Shown: positions 35,550 to 42,689 of the stretch, piece by piece
Layout: each line of letters opens with the position of its first letter
How positions within the stretch are numbered: position 1 is the stretch's first letter
Assembly (NCBI GenBank): GCA_044222185.1
Contig: JBGANV010000006.1
Span: 96,001-160,000, forward strand
Direction: 5' to 3'
DNA from: Planctomycetota bacterium
GTDB taxonomy: Bacteria > Planctomycetota > GCA-002687715 > CAIWVZ01
Length of the DNA stretch: 64,000 bases
Program-made: the position numbers and the translations under genes
The notes under the pieces: model-generated
Database searches by the model: none
What the model was told of the DNA's origin: nothing
The model's input: the letters and a program-made list of their open reading frames with translations, nothing else

Positions 35550-38186
35550 TCACTTCGGTCGCAGGCGTGCGCGGGCTGCGTCCAGTCGATCCTGTCCCAC
35601 GGTGACCGCGAAGGATTGGTTCGGCTCGTCGCGGACGTCGAGGATGCCGTCGGCGAGCCAATCGGCGAACAGGGGCGCTGCACCCGGTGGCTCGTACACG
35701 ACCTGCAGCCTCACGGAGAACCGACCGGGAACTCCGAGCGGGAACACCCAGCGACCGTCGTGATCGGGAGGTACGCCGTCCGACGGGCCGAAGAGCAGAT
35801 CCGTCGCGCTCAGCGACCACGGTGGAACCTGGCGGAACGCGAGCGAGGCCCGCAGCGATTCGCCGACGGCCAACGCGGGTACGGGATCACGGAGCGTCAC
35901 GGTGATCGCGAGCGGATCGGGGAGCGTGATCTTCACGTCGGACGTCACGCCTTCGAGGGTGACGGCTCGGTGGCCCGGAGCCATCGCGACGATCGTGGCG
36001 CCGCTGGCGCGGATGAGGAGGGAGGCGCCGTTCGACTGCGTTCGTGCCGGCCTTCGCCCCTCGCGGGATTCGGACGCGGCATGGCCGGGGATGACGTTCA
36101 CTCGGGCGCCGTCGATGGGCACGCCGGCCGAATCCACCACCGTGACCTGGATCCGCTTCAGCAGTCCTCGCGCGTCGATGGGGTCGAGCCGTGCGTCGCG
36201 ATTCACTCCGGGATTGCGCAGCTCGATTCCGTCGATGGTGACGAGCGGATCCGAGTCGTCTGCGGGCGTGACGGTCACCGTGGCCGTGCCAGGATGAACG
36301 GGCCACAGCGTGAAGGCGCCGCCACGGTCGAGCGGGAGGGCGAGTTGAGTGACGCCGGGCTCCTCGGCGCCACGCGCGTCATGACGCACGGCGATCCGCA
36401 CGCGAATGGCCTCGATCGGAACGTCGGGTTCGAGGACGACGCGCCCGTTCAGCCGGCAGCCCCGCGTGACGACGACCGTGAGGTCGGTGGCTCCGGCTTG
36501 AAACGTCACGGGTGTCTGATCCACGCTGTCACTGGACGACGCGCCGACGCGGAGCTCGCCCGCCAGACTGGGCGCATGGACCTCGAATCGTCCGCGGTCA
36601 TCAGCCGTGCGGCTGAGATCGAACAGCGTGCGCCAGTGCTCCGGCTGACCGTCCGTCGTGGGCTCGGCCTGGGAGAACGTCAGCGATGCCGAGGGGATCG
36701 GCGCGCCCGTCTCGTCGACGACCACGCCGCGCGCCACCAGCGGAAGCGGCGTGAGGAGGAGCGTGCCGAGGTTCGCACCCTTCTGACCCGCGTCAGCTGG
36801 AAGCGGAGCGCGTGCCAGAGTGCGGAGGTCGCGGACACCCTCCCACTGACCGAGTTGGAGCCAGAGATCCGCGTCGGGTCCGGCGTCGCGAACGGGAATC
36901 GCGAACGAACCCTCGTCGTCGGTCAGCACGGGCCAGAAGACCTGGTTGGTGTCCTTCGGAGCGCCGCGAGCGATGTCGTAGACGAGTCGCGTGCGGACGA
37001 GGGGTGAGCCGCGATCGTCGAAGGCGCGAGCGCGTACGGTGGGGAACGGCTCGCCTGCATTCAGATCGATGGTCACCGTCTCGGCGGCCTTCGATGGGCC
37101 GTCGGCCTTGATCGCACCCGTGGATCGGAGCGCGATCGTCGAGGCTTCGACGACGAGATGGCTTCCGATGGGGATGGACGTGAACGTCGCGACGCCATCG
37201 TCTCCCGTGAGCCGGCGCGTGGCACGGATTGCCGGCGATTCCTCCGCACGCAGCGCCACGATGACGTCGGGGATCGGTCCGCTCGCTCCGCGAACGACGA
37301 CTCGGGCCTGGCCCAGGGCTGGCGAGGTCAGCGTGACGTCGCCGACGAGTTGGGCGAGCGTCTTCACGTCCATGCGAACCGTGGGCGGACTGGGGAAGTC
37401 GAGGGCGATCCCCAGGGATGCCGTCGCCGGGACCGCCGACGCCAGACGATCGAGGTTGTGGAACGTGGCGACTCCGTCCGGTGCGACGGATCTGGCTCGC
37501 GCGAAGATCTCGTCGCGACGTCGTTCATCGGGGTTGCGATCGTCGCGCCACGTGGCCACGACCTCCGCACCGTGGATCGGTTTGCCGTCCGGATCCACGA
37601 CGCGGACGCGAAGGGACGTGTCGGGCCTGAGTCGGAGCGTGACCGTGCGGTCGCTCGATGCGTACCAGAACGCGAAGTCGTGGCGTGAGCCCGATCGAGC
37701 GAAGAGCGTTCCCGTGGCGCCGCCGAGCTTGATGCGCACGGTGCCGTCGGGGCCGGTCTTCACGTGGCGTCCGCGGTTTTGGATGCGCGCGAACAGGTCG
37801 GGGTTCGCGGGCGTGCTCGATGCGCCGACCGACTCCTCCCGGTCTGCGACGTACTTCTCGATCCAAACGTCCGCACCGGCGACGGGCGCATTCGTGTCCC
37901 GTTCCACGACGCAGACGAGGAGGCCCTGGGCCGGGTCCGTCTCGATGGCCGACTCGTCGACGTCGTGGAATGGTTCGACGGCGACCGGCCGTGTCCCCGA
38001 CACCGGCGCCCGCACGGAGCTCGCCGCCGATTCGGCGGTCGGTGTGGGTTCGTCGTTCGGCCGGGCGATCGGCGTCTCGCCCCGCTCCTGGATCAACCAC
38101 GCGGCGCTGCCTCCAACTACCGCGAGCGCCGCGATGACGGCCATCGCCACCCGTCGCCGCGTTCCGCGTCCGCTGCCCATCATCAT
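35550..38186 (-). CDS. Membrane-anchored protein with carboxypeptidase-regulatory-like (beta-sandwich) repeats
   Basis: N-terminal RRR plus TM; repeats RVVDPDGKPIHGAEV, GVVVDETGAPIPSA, TVVDSAGVPIDGARV. The ORF-track extension into the repeat array is not accepted. Confidence 0.82.
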   Translation of the reverse strand: MMMGSGRGTRRRVAMAVIAALAVVGGSAAWLIQERGETPIARPNDEPTPTAESAASSVRAPVSGTRPVAVEPFHDVDESAIETDPAQGLLVCVVERDTNAPVAGADVWIEKYVADREESVGASSTPANPDLFARIQNRGRHVKTGPDGTVRIKLGGATGTLFARSGSRHDFAFWYASSDRTVTLRLRPDTSLRVRVVDPDGKPIHGAEVVATWRDDRNPDERRRDEIFARARSVAPDGVATFHNLDRLASAVPATASLGIALDFPSPPTVRMDVKTLAQLVGDVTLTSPALGQARVVVRGASGPIPDVIVALRAEESPAIRATRRLTGDDGVATFTSIPIGSHLVVEASTIALRSTGAIKADGPSKAAETVTIDLNAGEPFPTVRARAFDDRGSPLVRTRLVYDIARGAPKDTNQVFWPVLTDDEGSFAIPVRDAGPDADLWLQLGQWEGVRDLRTLARAPLPADAGQKGANLGTLLLTPLPLVARGVVVDETGAPIPSASLTFSQAEPTTDGQPEHWRTLFDLSRTADDRGRFEVHAPSLAGELRVGASSSDSVDQTPVTFQAGATDLTVVVTRGCRLNGRVVLEPDVPIEAIRVRIAVRHDARGAEEPGVTQLALPLDRGGAFTLWPVHPGTATVTVTPADDSDPLVTIDGIELRNPGVNRDARLDPIDARGLLKRIQVTVVDSAGVPIDGARVNVIPGHAASESREGRRPARTQSNGASLLIRASGATIVAMAPGHRAVTLEGVTSDVKITLPDPLAITVTLRDPVPALAVGESLRASLAFRQVPPWSLSATDLLFGPSDGVPPDHDGRWVFPLGVPGRFSVRLQVVYEPPGAAPLFADWLADGILDVRDEPNQSFAVTVGQDRLDAARARLRPK

Positions 38187-38260
38187 CGCGACGATTGTAA
38201 TGACCGCGCCGCGCCCGACCGGCGCGCATCGCCCCTGTGAGTCCTGCGCCGCCCGACTTT

Positions 38261-38946
38261 CGCGAGCCCGGAGGCCTCGTTTTTCGGCGGGAGCGCCGGG
38301 CTCTTGCCCGGCCGGATGGGCAGGCTCTGCCTGCCCGCGGTCCCGCGACGAGTGCCGTTCGCGAGGAATGCACCACCGCGTTCGCGCGAGCCCGGAGGTC
38401 TCGCGGTCCGGCCGGAGCGCCGGGCTCTCGCCCGGCCGGATGGGCAGGCTCCGCCTGCCCGCGGTCGCGCGACGAGTGCTGTTCGCGAGGAATGCACCGC
38501 CGCGTTCGCGCGAGCCCGGAGGTCTCGCGGTCCGGCCGGAGCGCCGGGCTCTCGCCCGACCGGATGGGCAGGCTCTGCCTGCCCGCGGTCCCGCGACGAG
38601 TGCCGTTCGCGAGGAATGCACCGCCGCGTTCGCGCGAGCCCGGAGGTCTCGCGGTCCGGCCGGAGCGCCGGGCTCTCGCCCGGCCGGATGGGCAGGCTCT
38701 GCCTGCCCGCGGTCCCGCGACGAGTGCTGTTCGCAAGGAATGCACCACCGCGTTCGCGCGAGCCCGGAGGTCTCGCGGTCCGGCCGGAGCGCCGGGCTCT
38801 TGCCCGGCCGGATGGGCAGGCTCTGCCTGCCCGCGGTCCCGCGACGAGTGCCGTTCGCGAGGAATGCACCGCCGCGTTCGCGCGAGCCCAGAGGTCTCGC
38901 GATCCGGCCGCGGTGGACCGCGGCGCTCCGGCCGAATGGGCAGGCT
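38261..38946. repeat. 124-bp tandem repeat x ~5.5, palindrome-rich (REP/BIME-like)
   Basis: CGCGAGCCC starts at 38261, 38385, 38509, 38633, 38757 and 38881 (period 124); each unit has GCCGGGC-tctc-GCCCGGC and GGGCAGGC-tct-GCCTGCCC hairpins. Confidence 0.95.
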
Positions 38947-38976
38947 GCGCCCGTGCGCTTCCAGCGCGAACCGCCC

Positions 38977-40146
38977 TCAGCGGATCGTTCGCTCGAAAAG
39001 CGCCTTCAGCCCGCGGGCGGTGTCGTCCCAGCTGAAGCGCTCGGCGTAGCGGCGCGTGGCGGCGCGGTCGGGTGGGGAGGCGAAGAGGTCGCGCGCGGCG
39101 GCGGCGATGGCCGCGGCGGATCGTGCGTGCGTCAGCAGGCCGGACTCGCGGGTCGTCACGACCTCGGGAGTGCCCCAGATGTTGGTGGCGACGACGGGCG
39201 TGCCGCACGCCATGGACTCGAGCAGGACGTTGGCCCAGCCCTCGCGATCGGAGGCGAGCACGAGCGCATCGGCAGCACCGTAGTGGACGCGCAGTTCGTC
39301 CTGGGTGAGGCGCCCGAGGAACCGGACACGATCGTGGACGCCCGTGGATGAAGCGAGTGCGCGCAGCCGCGCGTCTTCCTCGCCCGTGCCGGCGATCAGC
39401 AGATCGAACCCGGCGAGCTCGGCGAGCGCTTGGATCACGAGATCGTGGCCCTTGCGAGGAATCAGGTGGCCGACGGAAATCAGCGTGAGCCGCGTGAGGC
39501 CGAGCTTCGCCCGATCGGCGACGCGATCCGTCGGCGGGTGGAAAAGCTCCAGGTCGACGCCATTGCGCAGCACGGTGACCCGGTCAGCGGGCGTCCCCAG
39601 CTCGACGAGCGTGTCCTTCAGCGCCTGACACACGGTGACGAGGCACGCGGCCTCCTTCGCCGCCCGCTGGATCATCCGCCGCGGAAGCCGGAACTGCGGG
39701 ATGAGATTCAGATCGGTGCCGCGAGCCGTGATCGACACGGGTTTCTTCAGCGCGCGTCCGATCATCACGGCCGCGACGCCGTCGGGGTAGAAGTACTGCG
39801 CGTCGATCAGGTCGAAGTCGAACCCGTCGGCGATGAGGCGTTCGAACACGGGCCGGACGCTGCGGGCGAGCAGGTAGGGCTGGGTCGTCATCCCGATCTT
39901 GGGGATCGTCGGGAAGCGGGGATGCAAGACGTCGATGCCGTGTCGCGTTTCTCGCGGCGCCACCTTCGCCAGCGCGGCGTAGTCACCGAACACCCGGTGG
40001 GTGAGGGGAAACCACGGCACGGGAGCGATCACCCGCGCCTCCACGCCGCCCTGCTTCAACAACTGCCGCAGCCGATGCTCGACGAACACGCCGTGGTAGG
40101 GCCGCGTCGCGTCGGGATAGAGCGTCCCGAAAGTGACGATCTTCAT
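38977..40146 (-). CDS. GT4 glycosyltransferase
   Basis: MKIVTFGTLYP, DAQYFYPDG, TARGTD, VGHLIPRKG, SDREGWANVLLESMACGTPVV; overlaps the upstream gene stop. Confidence 0.93.
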   Translation of the reverse strand: MKIVTFGTLYPDATRPYHGVFVEHRLRQLLKQGGVEARVIAPVPWFPLTHRVFGDYAALAKVAPRETRHGIDVLHPRFPTIPKIGMTTQPYLLARSVRPVFERLIADGFDFDLIDAQYFYPDGVAAVMIGRALKKPVSITARGTDLNLIPQFRLPRRMIQRAAKEAACLVTVCQALKDTLVELGTPADRVTVLRNGVDLELFHPPTDRVADRAKLGLTRLTLISVGHLIPRKGHDLVIQALAELAGFDLLIAGTGEEDARLRALASSTGVHDRVRFLGRLTQDELRVHYGAADALVLASDREGWANVLLESMACGTPVVATNIWGTPEVVTTRESGLLTHARSAAAIAAAARDLFASPPDRAATRRYAERFSWDDTARGLKALFERTIR

Positions 40147-41366
40147 CCGACGGCGACCGGAGCGGGCCTGGTCAGCGATTCGTAGACCGGCACGTAACGC
40201 GCCACGCTGCTCTGCCACGTCCGCTCGTGCTCGACGAACTCACGGCCCGCCGTGCGCAACGCGGGCCATCGGTCGCGCGTCAACAGCAGATCGACGACGG
40301 CCTGTGCGAGCGCGCCATCGTCACCCGCCTTGAACAACACTCCCGTGACCCCGTCGCGGATGAGTTCCTTGTGCCCGCCGACGTCCGACGCGACGAACAC
40401 GCGTCCCTGCGCCATCGCCTCCAGCGGCTTCAGCGGTGTGACGAGTTCCGTCAGCCGCATGGACAAGCGCGGATAGCACAGGACGTCGATGAGGTCGTAG
40501 TAGCGCTTGACGTCCTGGTGGTCGACGCGCCCGATGAACAGCACGGCGGCATCCAGCCCCAACGCGTTCACCTGGGTGCGAAGCTCGGGCTCATCGGGTC
40601 CGCCACCCACGAGGAGCACGCGGATGTCCGGCACCCGCGCCCGGATCTGCGGCAGCGCCTTCACGAGCAGGGTGAGCCCTTCGTAGGCGTAGAACGAACC
40701 GATGAAGCCGATCACCGGCTGGCCCGCCACTCCCAGGCGCATGGCGAGCGCGCGATCGGGAACGCCGGCCACCTGGAACTGCGAGACGTCGACGGCGTTC
40801 GGGATGACGGTGACCTTCGAGTCGGCGATGCCGCGGCTGACGATGTCCTGCCGCAACCCCTCGCAGATCGTGAACACGTGATCGACCTGGCGCAGCGCCC
40901 GCGTCTCGAGCGCGCGCGTGGCCCGGTATCGCGGACCCCACTCGCGGCTCGTGCCGTGGTCGACGGCCGCGTCTTCCCAGAACGCACGCACTTCGTAGAC
41001 GACGGGAATGCCGACCGATCGCGCCACGCGGATCGCCGGATGCGCGTTCAGCGCGGGCGAGTGCGCATGGATGACGTCGGGTTTGACGATCGCGACGACT
41101 TCGCGCAGGCGGCGCTCGACCGCGTTCATGAGCGCGAACTCCTTCATCACGGGCAGCCGCGAGCCGAGCCCCGTGGGCGCTCGCGTCCGATAGAAGTGGA
41201 AGCCGTCGACGGTCTCGTCCGCGCCGCAGGGCGCCGTGTGCTTGGGCGTCGTGAGGTGGAACGTCTCGATGCCGAGCTTTCGCTGCTCACGCAGGATCGA
41301 CAGCGTGCGGAACGTGTATCCGGAGTGCAGCGGAATGGAGTGATCGAGAACGTGTAGGACTCGCAT
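40143..41366 (-). CDS. GT4 glycosyltransferase, TIGR04063-like (PEP-CTERM/XrtA-associated family)
   Basis: MRVLHVLDHSIPLHSGYTFRT, YEVRAFWEDAAVDHG, GSFYAYEGL, RLTELVTPLKPLEAMA. Confidence 0.9.
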   Translation of the reverse strand: MRVLHVLDHSIPLHSGYTFRTLSILREQRKLGIETFHLTTPKHTAPCGADETVDGFHFYRTRAPTGLGSRLPVMKEFALMNAVERRLREVVAIVKPDVIHAHSPALNAHPAIRVARSVGIPVVYEVRAFWEDAAVDHGTSREWGPRYRATRALETRALRQVDHVFTICEGLRQDIVSRGIADSKVTVIPNAVDVSQFQVAGVPDRALAMRLGVAGQPVIGFIGSFYAYEGLTLLVKALPQIRARVPDIRVLLVGGGPDEPELRTQVNALGLDAAVLFIGRVDHQDVKRYYDLIDVLCYPRLSMRLTELVTPLKPLEAMAQGRVFVASDVGGHKELIRDGVTGVLFKAGDDGALAQAVVDLLLTRDRWPALRTAGREFVEHERTWQSSVARYVPVYESLTRPAPVAVG

Positions 41367-41372
41367 GACGCG

Positions 41373-42536
41373 TCACTGACCCTTCGGTGTCTGGAGGACG
41401 GAATCGTAGACACGCAAGTAGGCGTTCACCATCGCGTCCATGCTGAACCGCTGTTCGACGACGCGCCGGCCGGACATCCCGTGGGCGGCGACGAGCCCCG
41501 GCTCCTGGAGATAGCGGGCCATGGCGGCCGTCATGGGGTCGACTTCGTCGGACGGCACGAGCTGGCCCGAAACTCCGTCGAGCACGAGCTCGGGGTTGCC
41601 GCCGACCGCGGTCGCGACGAGCGGTAGGCCGCTCGACATGGCTTCGAGGATCGTGTTCGAGATCCCCTCGCCAAGCGACGGCAGCACGAAGACGTCGAGG
41701 GCGCGAAGGCACTCGGCAACGTCGTTTCGCTCGCCCGGCAACCAGACCCGGGCTGCGAGCCCGGCGTCCCGGACGATCTTCTCGCATTCGCTTCGCAGGG
41801 GACCGTCGCCGACGAGGATGAGGCGCGCGCGCGCACCCAGGTCGGGCGCCCCTTTGCAGAGTGCGACGAACGCGCGCGCGAGGAGCGTCTGGTGCTTCAC
41901 GGCCTGCATCCGCCCCACGGTTCCGAACACGATCGTGTCGTCCGTCGCGAAGCCCTCGGGCAGGACCCTGGGCCTTGGTCCCGATCGCGGATGAAACCGC
42001 TCCGAGTCGACGCCGTTGTAGATCTGGCTGATGCGATCCTCAGGCACCTGGATGTCGGCCGCGAGCCACTTCGCCAGGTCGTCGCTGACCGTGATGTAGT
42101 GCGTGACGAGGCGGCGGATCGCGCGACGGAGCGCGTTGTAGCGACGGTTCTTGCCGTGGAGGTCGTAGACGTCCCGCCCGTGCTCGCCGTGGACGCGCGC
42201 CCGCACTCCGGCGAATCGCCCCGTGACGACGCATTCGAGCGTCGGGAGGTTGCGGGTGTGCAGGATCGACGGCCGCCGGCGCCGCAGCTCGCGCCACAAC
42301 CGCCGGTGGAAGAAGAGGTCGTTTCCGGGCTTCTTGTGGAGCGCGAGCACCTCGACGTCGGCCCGAGTCAAGCGCTTGCGGAAGTCCGTGAACTCGGTGA
42401 GGGCGATGATCACGTGCCGATACCTGTCCGGCGGCATGTGATTGAGCAGGTTGACGATGCCGTTCTCGAGCCCGCCGACGTCGAATCGGTAGACGATGTG
42501 CGCAACGAGCGGCGGCTTTTCCTCCGGCATTTTCAT
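41373..42536 (-). CDS. GT4 glycosyltransferase, TIGR03088-like (PEP-CTERM/XrtA-associated family)
   Basis: PLVAHIVYRFDVGGLENGIVNL, HTRNL, HGEHGRD, PSLGEGISNTILEAMSSGLP; start near 42536/42530. Confidence 0.9.
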   Translation of the reverse strand: MKMPEEKPPLVAHIVYRFDVGGLENGIVNLLNHMPPDRYRHVIIALTEFTDFRKRLTRADVEVLALHKKPGNDLFFHRRLWRELRRRRPSILHTRNLPTLECVVTGRFAGVRARVHGEHGRDVYDLHGKNRRYNALRRAIRRLVTHYITVSDDLAKWLAADIQVPEDRISQIYNGVDSERFHPRSGPRPRVLPEGFATDDTIVFGTVGRMQAVKHQTLLARAFVALCKGAPDLGARARLILVGDGPLRSECEKIVRDAGLAARVWLPGERNDVAECLRALDVFVLPSLGEGISNTILEAMSSGLPLVATAVGGNPELVLDGVSGQLVPSDEVDPMTAAMARYLQEPGLVAAHGMSGRRVVEQRFSMDAMVNAYLRVYDSVLQTPKGQ

Positions 42537-42689
42537 GGTCCGCGCGAGTCTTAGCAGAGCGGTTCGTGCGGATCGCCCGCCCCTCGTGTTTCGACACGGA
42601 CGGCCATCGGCGTTCAGTCCCGGGCCCCAGGTTCCGCGCCAGGTCCGCAACCGATTCCGCACGGCGCGGGAAGATACTCTTCGGACGCC

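Noticed and set aside
38261-38946. CRISPR array
   Set aside because: The whole 124-bp unit repeats with no unique spacers, and there are no cas genes in the window.
36991-39351. Long ORFs through the tandem array (36991-39351, 37525-38748, 38183-39208, and the N-terminal extension of 35550 to 38621)
   Set aside because: The period of 124 is not a multiple of 3, the unit is stop-free in all six frames because of extreme GC, and the translations are low-complexity Arg/Ala/Pro.
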